Positions 8,281-16,907 of a DNA stretch of 64,000 nt are shown piece by piece. Under the pieces are notes generated by a model. It did not search any database. It had not been told where the DNA came from and saw only the letters and a list, made by a program, of their open reading frames with translations. This DNA comes from Escherichia coli (lineage in GTDB: Bacteria > Bacillota > Clostridia > Oscillospirales > Oscillospiraceae): contig CAVGWF010000038.1 of NCBI GenBank assembly GCA_963632825.1, positions 25,629-89,628 of the forward strand. The letters are read 5' to 3'. Numbering within the stretch: the first letter of the stretch is position 1; every line of letters starts with the position of its first letter. The translations under genes and the position numbers were made by a program.

Positions 8281-9570
8281 TTATTTGCTTACTGCCGTCT
8301 GCAAAACGGTATTTATAACACTGCCGGCAGCGCCCAGACCGCTGCCGCCGTTTTCAACTATGCAGACAAAGGCGTAGGGGTGCTCGTCGTCATTCAAAAA
8401 GCCTACGAACCAAGAGTGGCTTGCTTTCCCGTCACCGGTCTCGGCGGTGCCTGTTTTGGCGGAAATGTTGAGCCCGGGGAATTTACTCGTACCGTAGTGA
8501 TAAATGACATTGTAGTTCATCATGGACGCGACCTTCTCGGCGGTGTCGGAGCTGACGAGGGTCGTCTCCTTATCGGAAACACCGAGCAGAGAGGGCTCAA
8601 CGACCGTGCCGCCGTTTGCGTAGGCGGCGGCAAGGCGCATCATCGCGTAGGGGCACACGAGGTCGTTGTACTGACCGATGCCCGACCATGCCATAGCGGC
8701 GCTCATTGAGCTGTCCTTGTCATAATTGCCGGCGGCGGTGGATATGCCGTCGATGGTGAGCGAGGTCGTTATGCCGAGCTTTTCGGCATATTCGGCAATG
8801 ATGTCGGGTCCCAGTTCGAGCGAGAGCTGCGCAAAGGCGCAGTTGCAGGAATTTGCAAGCGCCTGCTCTATGGTCTGCTCACCGTGAATGCCGGCGCAGT
8901 TTATGGAAACGCCCTTCACATTCAAGGAGCCGGTGCAGGAAAATGTGCGGTGGTAGATGTTGTCGATATTCTCCAGCGCCGCAGTGAGCGTTACAAGCTT
9001 AAATACCGAGCCCGGCACGAACGATGCGCTCAGGCAGCGGTTTATATATGCTCCGTCCGGCAGCGTGTCCGGCGGGTTGAGCGGGTCTATGGACGGAGAG
9101 GAAACCATGCACAGTACCTCGCCGGTCTTGTAGTTGCATATCATAACGGCACCGCTTCTGCCGTTCAAGGCCTCGTATGCCTTGAGATTCAGCTCCGCGT
9201 CAACGGTCAGCTGCAGATTTACATCGTCCCGCTCCTCAATGCCCGTTATAAGGCTGAAGCCGGATAGCTGACGCTGGAACGATTTGAGAGCACCGGTGCC
9301 GACATTGCCGGTATAGTCGCCGGTGAGATGGTAGCAGGCGATGCGGGTATTTGCGTCCTCCGCATATGACTTTACGCCGCTGCCCATCTTTGCGAGCACC
9401 GTGCCGTTGCGGTCGGTTATCGTGTATTCGCAGCCGGAGGTCGATTCGTCAAAATACAGCGCCCACATTTCGCCGTCCTTCACATAGCGGATGACATAAA
9501 CGAAAAGTCCGACGACTATAAGCATTGCCATGAGCAGGGCGCTGAAGGCTCTTAAAGATACTTTTTTCAT
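8281..9570 (-). CDS. Class B penicillin-binding protein (peptidoglycan D,D-transpeptidase, PBP2/PbpA-like)
   Basis: SxxK (SVFK), SxN (SCN) and KTG (KTGTA) motifs. The MKKVSLRAFSALLMAMLIVVGLF anchor starts at ATG 9570, overlapping the SEDS gene stop (ATGA). The track's 9918 start is inside the upstream gene. Confidence 0.9.
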   Translation of the reverse strand: MKKVSLRAFSALLMAMLIVVGLFVYVIRYVKDGEMWALYFDESTSGCEYTITDRNGTVLAKMGSGVKSYAEDANTRIACYHLTGDYTGNVGTGALKSFQRQLSGFSLITGIEERDDVNLQLTVDAELNLKAYEALNGRSGAVMICNYKTGEVLCMVSSPSIDPLNPPDTLPDGAYINRCLSASFVPGSVFKLVTLTAALENIDNIYHRTFSCTGSLNVKGVSINCAGIHGEQTIEQALANSCNCAFAQLSLELGPDIIAEYAEKLGITTSLTIDGISTAAGNYDKDSSMSAAMAWSGIGQYNDLVCPYAMMRLAAAYANGGTVVEPSLLGVSDKETTLVSSDTAEKVASMMNYNVIYHYGTSKFPGLNISAKTGTAETGDGKASHSWFVGFLNDDEHPYAFVCIVENGGSGLGAAGSVINTVLQTAVSK

Positions 9571-11270
9571 GCCTTCTCCTCCCGCACCTTCTTGGTCTGC
9601 GCCTCGGGCGAGCTTACAACGAAGCTTGCGCCCTTGCGCGTATCGCCGGCCTTGATAAACGCCAATAGCATCCAGCACGCAAGTACCGATGTGCCGCCGC
9701 GTGAAACAAACGGAAATGTAACGCCGGTAAACGGCAGAATGTCGACCGAGCCGAACACATTGAGCGCTGCCTGAGCCATGAACATCGTTGCGGTGGCACA
9801 GGCGGCGATGGAATAGTATGCGCTCCTGCCATGTCCGGAATTTCTGACGGCAAAGAAGGTCAGCGCGAGAATGGCAAGCACCGCGCATATTGCGACTATA
9901 AGCCCGAGCTCCTCGCACATGACCCCGAAAACGGTGTCGGTGTTTCCGGCAAAGGTGTCCTTAAGCCAGCCGTTTCCGGCGCCCTTGCCGAAGAGCCCGC
10001 CGGATGCGCCCGCCGAGAGAGCATGGGTCTGCTGATAGCCCGAATCCCAGACATCCTCCCAGATATGCCCCCATGCGGCAAAGCGCTTGGCAACATGATC
10101 CTTTATGCGCAGCATGAGAAAGCCCGCCATTCCCGCACCCGTTACGGCAAGCGCAACGGTTGCTATCGAGCCCGAACGCATGAAGGAAATGACAAGGAAG
10201 GTTATGAAGAATATCAGGGCAGTGCCGAAATCACTGCTGAACGCAAGGCAGATAACGCACAGAGCAGAGAATGCGATGAACATGATAAGGTTTTTCGTGC
10301 TGAACAGCCTGTCAAGAGTCGCGGCTCCTACATAGATAAAAGCAACCTTTACGAACTCTGAGGGCTGAACGGACAGAGAGCCTATGAATATCCAGTTTTT
10401 CGCACCGTATTTCTCGCCTCCGAACACGAGCACCGCCATGAGGATGGCGAGTGATATTATGGCCAGCGGCAGGCGCATGGTCTTTGTCCTGTCCAGATCG
10501 CGCAGCCACCAGCCGAGCACAAAAAACGCAGCCACTCCGGCGAAAACTATTATCATCTGCCGTAACATCTCGTCCGGAACTGATGAGGCGATTATCTCAA
10601 GACCGATCGAGGAGAGGAAAAACGCGAGCGTTTCCACCTCAAAGCCGGTACGCCTTATGCTGCGCATTGCAAAATAGCAGAACCACTCCAGCAGAATCAG
10701 CAGCCCGAAGCCGAGCGAAATGCCGGATATGTGCTCCTGCGAGGCCGTGCAGCACAGCTCAAGCAGCAGGAGCGCCTGAAAAACCGTCAGGAAAAGCAGT
10801 GTTGCCGCAGGGTGAACGCGCCGCCATGTCTGCGTCCTGCGGGCTTCTATGGCGTCGCGCTGCTTCTCGCTTATATCACGAAAGCGTACGCTGTTGCCGG
10901 CGAGGTTTAATATATCTCCGTCGTGCACCGTTATGCCGGTACCGTGCACCTTTTCGCCGTTTACCCAAACGCCGCCCTTTGAGAAAATGTCGAATATCCG
11001 CCAGACGCCCTTGGGGCTTCGAATAAGTACCGCGTGTACGCGGCTGACCGTCTGATACGGCAGACATATATCTGCCGAGCGGGAGCGGCCTATAAGATTT
11101 TCCCAGTGACTTATCAGCGAAACACCGTCGTCCCTGTGGATATATCCCCAGATCTCCGTCTGCGACTTGCTGCCGAGCATACTTTTCATGCATCTTACGA
11201 GCACGATTATCGCAAACAACGGCAGTACATAGGAAGCCGCCGTCACTATAGTGTCAGCCAAGCGCGTCAC
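9567..11270 (-). CDS. FHA domain-containing FtsW/RodA/SpoVE (SEDS) family protein
   Basis: N-terminal TM, then FHA (IGRSRSADICLPYQTVSRVHAVLIRS..WRIFDIFSKGGVWVNGEKV..GDILNLAGNSVRF), then a polytopic SEDS core (..FGVMCEELGL..PFTGVTFPFVSRGGTS). GTG start at 11270; a TTG at 11261 is an alternative. Confidence 0.88.
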   Translation of the reverse strand: MTRLADTIVTAASYVLPLFAIIVLVRCMKSMLGSKSQTEIWGYIHRDDGVSLISHWENLIGRSRSADICLPYQTVSRVHAVLIRSPKGVWRIFDIFSKGGVWVNGEKVHGTGITVHDGDILNLAGNSVRFRDISEKQRDAIEARRTQTWRRVHPAATLLFLTVFQALLLLELCCTASQEHISGISLGFGLLILLEWFCYFAMRSIRRTGFEVETLAFFLSSIGLEIIASSVPDEMLRQMIIVFAGVAAFFVLGWWLRDLDRTKTMRLPLAIISLAILMAVLVFGGEKYGAKNWIFIGSLSVQPSEFVKVAFIYVGAATLDRLFSTKNLIMFIAFSALCVICLAFSSDFGTALIFFITFLVISFMRSGSIATVALAVTGAGMAGFLMLRIKDHVAKRFAAWGHIWEDVWDSGYQQTHALSAGASGGLFGKGAGNGWLKDTFAGNTDTVFGVMCEELGLIVAICAVLAILALTFFAVRNSGHGRSAYYSIAACATATMFMAQAALNVFGSVDILPFTGVTFPFVSRGGTSVLACWMLLAFIKAGDTRKGASFVVSSPEAQTKKVREEKA

Positions 11271-11355
11271 CTCTTTTCAATGGTGAAATTATTTAATCAG
11301 TATATCATAAATGCAGTGCATTGACAAGCGAGCCCATTTTATTTACAATGGCTTC

Positions 11356-11721
11356 ATGGAAAACGGAAGAATTAAAAAGTGGATAGTGATTTTTGCTGCC
11401 GTGCTCATAATATGTGCCGCCGCGTTTGCGGTGCTGCGCATGACGGGGGAGCGGGGGAAGATTGCCGTTATCCGTGTCGACGGCGAGGTTTATAAAAAAA
11501 TAGACCTTAACACCGTGACTGCGGCATATGACATGGAAATCGAAACGGAGTTTGGTTATAATAAGATCAATATCGCACCCGACGGGATAAGCGTCGTAGA
11601 ATCCGACTGCCGCGACCATATATGCATTGCCCAGGGTAAGGTGAGTACGGCGGGAGTACCGATAGTGTGCCTTCCGCACAGGCTTACGATAGAGATAGAG
11701 GGAGGCGGCGTTGATGCCTAA
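11356..11721 (+). CDS. NusG domain II-containing protein (DUF1312), membrane-anchored
   Basis: MENGRIKKWIVIFAAVLIICAAAF anchor. The stretch VIRVDGEVYKKIDL..ESDCRDHICIAQGKVS..PIVCLPHRLTIEIEG matches the NusG_II family pattern. The start is taken at ATG 11356, not 11311. Confidence 0.75.
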   Translation: MENGRIKKWIVIFAAVLIICAAAFAVLRMTGERGKIAVIRVDGEVYKKIDLNTVTAAYDMEIETEFGYNKINIAPDGISVVESDCRDHICIAQGKVSTAGVPIVCLPHRLTIEIEGGGVDA

Positions 11722-12214
11722 GACAAAAAAGCTGGCCCTCATGGCTATGCTCACCGCCGCATCACTTATCGTTTTTGTCATTGAGGCGCAGATACCGGCT
11801 CCGGTGCCGGTGCCCGGCGTGAAGCTTGGACTTGCAAATGTCATAACGCTTATCGCAATGCTTCTGCTCGGAAGACGCGAGGCGGGGCTTATCCTTGCCG
11901 TGCGCATAGTGATGGGCAGCGTGTTTACAGGAGGCGTTTCGGCATTTTTGTTCAGCATTTCCGGCGGAGTGCTTGCATATGCAGTGATGTGCCTGACCGT
12001 AACGCGGTTCCCGCGGAAAATGCTGTGGGTAGTCAGCGCATTGGCTGCCGTTGCGCATAATCTGGGGCAGCTTGCGGCTGCAATTGTGATAACTAAGACG
12101 GCGGCGCTCATGGTGTATGCTCCGGTGCTGCTGGCCTCGGGTATAATTACCGGCGTATTTACGGGGCTTGCCGCCATGTATCTCGTCCTCCGGCTGGACA
12201 AAACGAAGCAATAG
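11714..12214 (+). CDS. Gx transporter family protein (heptaprenyl diphosphate synthase component I-like membrane protein)
   Basis: Overlaps the NusG_II gene stop by 8 nt. Polytopic membrane protein with IPAPVPVPGVKLGLANVITLIAMLLLG, the usual partner of NusG_II proteins. Confidence 0.75.
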   Translation: MPKTKKLALMAMLTAASLIVFVIEAQIPAPVPVPGVKLGLANVITLIAMLLLGRREAGLILAVRIVMGSVFTGGVSAFLFSISGGVLAYAVMCLTVTRFPRKMLWVVSALAAVAHNLGQLAAAIVITKTAALMVYAPVLLASGIITGVFTGLAAMYLVLRLDKTKQ

Positions 12215-12269
12215 TATTATAATGTTTGTTATATAAATATTTAAATATTGATATTAGGAGTTAATTGCA

Positions 12270-13094
12270 ATGAGCGAATGTACACACGATTGTTCCACCT
12301 GCCAGGAAAACTGCAGTGACCGGCAGGAGCAGGATATGAGCGCAAAGCTCAATCCCGCAGCAAGCGTAAAAAAGGTCATTGCCGTTGTCAGCGGCAAGGG
12401 CGGCGTAGGCAAAAGCCTTGTAACGAGTCTTTTAGCCAGCGAAATGCAGCGCCGCGGTCATCAGGCGGCGGTGCTTGATGCGGACATAACCGGTCCGTCC
12501 ATTCCAAAGGCGTTTGGCATCCATGAGCACGCCCGCGGCACCGAGGATATGCTTATCCCCAGCTATTCCGACAGGGGAACGCAGATCATGTCCGTAAACC
12601 TCATCCTTGATAACGAGACCGACCCCGTCGTCTGGCGCGGACCCGTTATCGCGGGTGTAGTCACCCAATTCTGGAGCGATGTGCTTTGGGATAATGTCGA
12701 CTATATGTTCGTCGATATGCCTCCCGGCACCGGCGATGTGCCGCTCACGGTGTTCCAGTCCCTTCCGGTAGACGGCATTGTTATCGTCACCTCGCCGCAG
12801 GAGCTGGTTTCCATGATAGTTGCAAAAGCGGTCAACATGGCAAAGCTCATGAATATTCCCGTGCTCGGTCTTGTTGAGAACATGAGCTACTTCAAGTGCC
12901 CCGACTGCGGCAGGGAGTATGAGATATTCGGCAAGAGCAGGGTAGAGGCTGCCGCAAAGGAATTCGGCATTGAGCACACCGCACGTCTGCCCATTGATCC
13001 CGTCATTGCAGCAATGGTCGATGCCGGCGAGGTCGAAAGCGTAAACGCCGACGCGCTCAGCGGGCTGGCGGACTTTATAGAAAAAGGAGAATAA
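12270..13094 (+). CDS. Mrp/NBP35 family P-loop ATPase (Fe-S cluster carrier type) with Cys-rich N-terminus
   Basis: Deviant Walker A VSGKGGVGKS and conserved CPDC bridging-cluster motif (YFKCPDCG). N-terminal C-x3-C-x2-C-x3-C (CTHDCSTCQENC). Confidence 0.88.
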   Translation: MSECTHDCSTCQENCSDRQEQDMSAKLNPAASVKKVIAVVSGKGGVGKSLVTSLLASEMQRRGHQAAVLDADITGPSIPKAFGIHEHARGTEDMLIPSYSDRGTQIMSVNLILDNETDPVVWRGPVIAGVVTQFWSDVLWDNVDYMFVDMPPGTGDVPLTVFQSLPVDGIVIVTSPQELVSMIVAKAVNMAKLMNIPVLGLVENMSYFKCPDCGREYEIFGKSRVEAAAKEFGIEHTARLPIDPVIAAMVDAGEVESVNADALSGLADFIEKGE

Positions 13095-13097
13095 CAC

Positions 13098-13520
13098 ATG
13101 GTAATCGCAGTATCTTACAAGGATAACGAGATATTCGAACACTTCGGTCATGCCGAGATGTTCGCGGTCTATAAGACCAATGAGGACAACACCGAGATCC
13201 TTTCCAAGGAGCTTGTCGAGGTCAAGGAGACCGGTCATCAGGCGGTCGCCGACCTCATGGACAGCCTCGGTGTCGATGCCGTCATTGTCGGCAATATCGG
13301 CGTGCATGCAAGAGCCGCTCTTGCGGCATACGGTATCGTGGCATTTGCCGGCTTCTGCGGAAATGCAGACGATGCGGCAGAGCTCATGATGCACGGTCAG
13401 CTTCCGTACCTGTCCGATGAGGGCGGCTGCGGCGGCGGTGGCTGCTCCGGCTGCTCCGGCTGCGGCGATCACAGCCATGAGGACGGCGAGGACTGCGGCT
13501 GTGGGTGCGGCTGCCACTGA
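13098..13520 (+). CDS. NifB/NifX family (dinitrogenase FeMo-cofactor-binding fold) protein with Cys/Gly/His-rich C-terminal tail
   Basis: MVIAVSYKDNEIFEHFGHAEMFAVY..GVDAVIVGNIG is the NifX/NifB-C-terminal-like fold pattern. It starts 3 nt after the Mrp stop. The tail is GGCGGGGCSGCSGCGDHSHEDGEDCGCGCGCH. Confidence 0.75.
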   Translation: MVIAVSYKDNEIFEHFGHAEMFAVYKTNEDNTEILSKELVEVKETGHQAVADLMDSLGVDAVIVGNIGVHARAALAAYGIVAFAGFCGNADDAAELMMHGQLPYLSDEGGCGGGGCSGCSGCGDHSHEDGEDCGCGCGCH

Positions 13521-13541
13521 GCAAAAAGTAATCGGTATATG

Positions 13542-13571
13542 AAAAAAACCAGCTGTATAGCTGGTTTTTTT
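13542..13571. terminator. Bidirectional intrinsic terminator between convergent genes
   Basis: AAAAAAACCAGCT gtat AGCTGGTTTTTTT: a perfect stem flanked by an A-run and a T-run. Confidence 0.85.
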
Positions 13572-13581
13572 CATGCTTAAA

Positions 13582-14349
13582 TCATTTTACTATCGCGTTC
13601 TGCGCGACCCACTCTCCCCATTTCTTGTATGAGGCTCCGTCGACATGTATGCCGTCGGAGGTGAGGTCTGAGGACAGCGTGCCGTTCGCGTCGTCGAAAA
13701 TATCATTGCATTCAAGGTAGAATACCGTTTCGCCGTCGGCAAGGGTTTTTGTATAATCGTTGAGATTGTTGAGATTGGTGTTGTTCACAGCCGTGCCGCG
13801 TGCATCCTGCGTTGCGGAAACGTGGAGGTTTGACATGATATAGATTATGGCATCCGGCTGAGCCTCGCGCAGACGGGACACGAGATTGGAGTAGGTCTGC
13901 TTGAGCGCCTCTACCGATCCGCCTATATCGTTTATGCCGAGCATGACATATATCTTGCCGAAGGTCCGGCTCTGCAAAAGAGCGGGCAGCGTAGTGCTGC
14001 CGACACCGGAAACATCGGCGGTTGTGGTAAACGCACCCGTAAGGCTAAGACCGACGGTCGTAAAGAAGGTGGCATCCTCAAGCGTGCCCATCATCTCTAT
14101 ACCGACCATGCGTGAGTCACCGATGAACAGGGCGTCCTTGAAATAACCGTCGGGGGCAGCGGTGAACTGGAGCGGTGTGGGAGTGGGCTCCGGAGTAGGC
14201 TCAAGGCTTGCCGAGGGTTGGCTGCTCTGCTCCGCTTCGCTTGGGCCGTCCGGCTCAAGCTTGTTTTGCAGGCTTACGCAGATAAGCGCTATGAGCACGA
14301 TTATAAGAACAAATGCAATTACTGCGATGATCTTCTGAGTTTTGTTCAT
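13582..14349 (-). CDS. SGNH/GDSL hydrolase family protein, N-terminally membrane-anchored
   Basis: TM anchor, Pro/Ser/Glu linker, block I FIGDSRMVG, block III GINDIG, C-terminal DGIH. Confidence 0.85.
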   Translation of the reverse strand: MNKTQKIIAVIAFVLIIVLIALICVSLQNKLEPDGPSEAEQSSQPSASLEPTPEPTPTPLQFTAAPDGYFKDALFIGDSRMVGIEMMGTLEDATFFTTVGLSLTGAFTTTADVSGVGSTTLPALLQSRTFGKIYVMLGINDIGGSVEALKQTYSNLVSRLREAQPDAIIYIMSNLHVSATQDARGTAVNNTNLNNLNDYTKTLADGETVFYLECNDIFDDANGTLSSDLTSDGIHVDGASYKKWGEWVAQNAIVK

Positions 14350-14371
14350 TGTGGCATCTCCGTTTCAAAAT

Positions 14372-14411
14372 GTAAAAAGCATTGGACGACACTGAATTAT
14401 ATGTGCCGTCC
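14372..14411 (-). terminator. Probable intrinsic terminator after the EEP-family gene
   Basis: On the minus strand: GGACGGCAC / GUGUCGUCC stem (one G-U pair), 10-nt loop, then a T-run (plus-strand gtaaaaagc). Confidence 0.5.
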
Positions 14412-14418
14412 GCAGCGA

Positions 14419-15492
14419 TCATTCGTCGAGCAGCTTCACCTGAAGCTTTACGGGATTGTGGTCTGAATACACAAAGCCCTCGTCAAGGGTCTTCACCGAA
14501 ACGAGCTCGACATTGGGCGACAGGATAAAGCCGTCTATCGAGTAATACTGGGTGTTCTCCGTGTCGGAGGGATCGTAGGGCTGATTGAGAAGACGGCAGC
14601 TCGGAGTTTCAAGGTCGTATGCAAGAGTCCAGCCCTCGGGCATTATGTCATCGGAGAGCACGCCCGGCTCCCACAGATCCTTGTGAGTGTTGGGATATTT
14701 GTCGAGCCCGCCGGGGAAGATCTGATTGAAGTCGCCGCCGGCAATAACATAGTTGCCCTTTTCATACTCCGACTGGATGAACTCGCGCAGCTGCTTGGTC
14801 TGGGCAATCTTACCCTCACCGTCGTCGTAGGCCTCAAGATGGAGGTTAACGATTACAAGCTTGCTTGAGCTGCCGGATATAGGCAGATAGCTCACCAGCA
14901 GGCAGCGCTTGAGGTTTGCCATACTGACCGGCCAGTCAAACGGGCAGGGCAGGGATATGCGCTCGGCAGAGTCCATATCGAATATCGTGGTCGTGAGCAG
15001 ACCGCTGTTGACCCTGCCTATCGGCGGCAGGGGATACGGTACAAATTTGCAGGAGTAGTTGAACGCGTAGGCACTGTTGTGAATGCCCAAAACATCGCTC
15101 TCATCCTTGCCGTAGGTTCGGGAGGAGTCCTTATCGACCTCCTGAAGCATGAATATCGAAGCAGGGTACTCGTCGGAGTACAGAGTCTTGTATATGCCCA
15201 GAAGCGAGGCGGAAACCGTATCCTGATCGGCGGAGGCAACATTCGTGCCGCCGTCCATGAAGAAATCGGAGTCCTTGCCGAGCCCGGCATAGCCGATGTT
15301 CCAGCTCATCACCGTGATCTCCTGACCGAGGAAGGGTGAAATGTTGCTGACCTGAGAGTTGTTTTCTATCTTGACATCCGTCACATCTCCGGGCTTGAAT
15401 TCCGTAACGGACAGCCAGAGAATGAATGCCGCTGCTACGAGCAGTACAACGCCTAAAATTATAAGAAGCGTTTTCAGAAGCTTTTTTGCCAT
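14419..15492 (-). CDS. Endonuclease/exonuclease/phosphatase (EEP) family protein, membrane-anchored
   Basis: TM anchor. EEP motifs VMSWNIGYAG, VNLHLEAY, IAGGDFNQ and SDHNPV. Confidence 0.85.
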   Translation of the reverse strand: MAKKLLKTLLIILGVVLLVAAAFILWLSVTEFKPGDVTDVKIENNSQVSNISPFLGQEITVMSWNIGYAGLGKDSDFFMDGGTNVASADQDTVSASLLGIYKTLYSDEYPASIFMLQEVDKDSSRTYGKDESDVLGIHNSAYAFNYSCKFVPYPLPPIGRVNSGLLTTTIFDMDSAERISLPCPFDWPVSMANLKRCLLVSYLPISGSSSKLVIVNLHLEAYDDGEGKIAQTKQLREFIQSEYEKGNYVIAGGDFNQIFPGGLDKYPNTHKDLWEPGVLSDDIMPEGWTLAYDLETPSCRLLNQPYDPSDTENTQYYSIDGFILSPNVELVSVKTLDEGFVYSDHNPVKLQVKLLDE

Positions 15493-15593
15493 ATGCGCCT
15501 CACCTCACCGTAACATACTAACACAGCGCTCTGCCTTATTCAAGAAAATTCGCCTAAGTGTGCGCTAAACGAACAAATTTGAGAGATTGTGTC

Positions 15594-15622
15594 TTGCTAT
15601 GAGGCGGCGTTTAGCGTATAAT
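15594..15622 (+). promoter_or_regulatory. Sigma-A-like promoter of glyA
   Basis: TTGCTA (15594-15599), exact 17-nt spacer, TATAAT (15617-15622). Confidence 0.55.
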
Positions 15623-15653
15623 TCAGAAGAAATTGTCTGACGGAGGCGAAGCG

Positions 15654-16901
15654 ATGAATTACGAAACGATAAAATGCAGCGATCCGGAGCTTTACGGAGC
15701 GATGAAGCAGGAGCTTCAGCGCCAGCGCGACCATATTGAGCTTATAGCGTCGGAAAACTTCACGAGCCGCGCTGTTATGGAAGCAATGGGCAGCCATCTT
15801 ACAAATAAATACGCAGAAGGCTATCCCGGTGCGAGATACTATGGAGGATGCGAGTATGTTGACATTGTCGAGCAGCTTGCCATAGACAGGGCAAAGGAGC
15901 TTTTCGGAGCCGAGCACGCGAATGTGCAGCCCCACTCCGGCTCACAGGCGAATGTGGCGGTGTACCTTGCGCTTTTGAAGCCGGGCGATACCATTCTCGG
16001 CATGGATCTGAGCCACGGCGGTCATCTGACCCACGGCTCGAAGGCGTCAATATCCGGCAAGTATTTTAACGCCTGCTTCTATGGTGTCGATCCTCAGACC
16101 GAGACCATAGATTACGAAAAGGCGATGCAGACGGCCGGCGAGTGCAAGCCCAAGCTCATAATTGCCGGAGCGAGTGCATATTCGCGTATCATAGATTTCA
16201 AGAAAATGCGTGAGATAGCCGATGAGGTCGGCGCATATCTCATGGTCGATATGGCACATATCGGCGGACTTGTCGCCGCCGGAGTGCATCCGAGCCCCGT
16301 GCCGTATGCCGATGTAGTCACCAGTACGACTCACAAGACACTCAGAGGTCCGCGCGGAGCGATAATACTCTGCAAGGATGAGCTCAGGAAAAAGATAAAC
16401 AGCGCCGTTTTCCCCGGAACTCAGGGCGGACCGCTCATGCATATCATAGCAGGCAAGGCAGTGTGCTTTAAAGAGGCGATGAGCCCCGAGTTTAAGCAGT
16501 ATCAGCGCCAGACCGTAAATAATGCCGCCGTGCTTGCGCAGACGCTTGCCGAGGGCGGCATCCGCCTTGTGTCCGGCGGAACGGATAATCACCTCATGCT
16601 GGCCGACACAATGAGTCTCGGACGCACCGGAAACGAGGTTCAGGAGCTTCTTGACGCAGCACACATAACCGCAAATAAAAATTCTATCCCGTTTGACAAG
16701 CAGCCGGTGAAACTCACGAGCGGTATGCGATTCGGCACTCCCGCCGTGACCACCCGCGGCATGGGAGAGACCGAAATGCGCGAGATCGGCAGAATGATCG
16801 TGCGCATCATAAACGAGGGCGAATCAGCCGTAGGCGATGTAAAGCAGCAGGTGCTCGATATATGCGCGCGCTTTCCGCTTTATCCCGATATGGAAATGTG
16901 A
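15654..16901 (+). CDS. glyA: Serine hydroxymethyltransferase
   Basis: Full-length SHMT: [25 protein letters not shown], and the PLP lysine context [16 protein letters not shown] 15654 (MNYETIK) is preceded by GACGGAGG. Confidence 0.96.
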   Translation: MNYETIKCSDPELYGAMKQELQRQRDHIELIASENFTSRAVMEAMGSHLTNKYAEGYPGARYYGGCEYVDIVEQLAIDRAKELFGAEHANVQPHSGSQANVAVYLALLKPGDTILGMDLSHGGHLTHGSKASISGKYFNACFYGVDPQTETIDYEKAMQTAGECKPKLIIAGASAYSRIIDFKKMREIADEVGAYLMVDMAHIGGLVAAGVHPSPVPYADVVTSTTHKTLRGPRGAIILCKDELRKKINSAVFPGTQGGPLMHIIAGKAVCFKEAMSPEFKQYQRQTVNNAAVLAQTLAEGGIRLVSGGTDNHLMLADTMSLGRTGNEVQELLDAAHITANKNSIPFDKQPVKLTSGMRFGTPAVTTRGMGETEMREIGRMIVRIINEGESAVGDVKQQVLDICARFPLYPDMEM

Positions 16902-16907
16902 GCTGAA

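Noticed and set aside
11305-13574. 298-aa and 380-aa minus-strand ORFs over the NusG_II/Gx and Mrp/NifX-like genes
   Set aside because: These are antisense shadows. The plus-strand products have P-loop, CPxC, TM and family-specific motifs.
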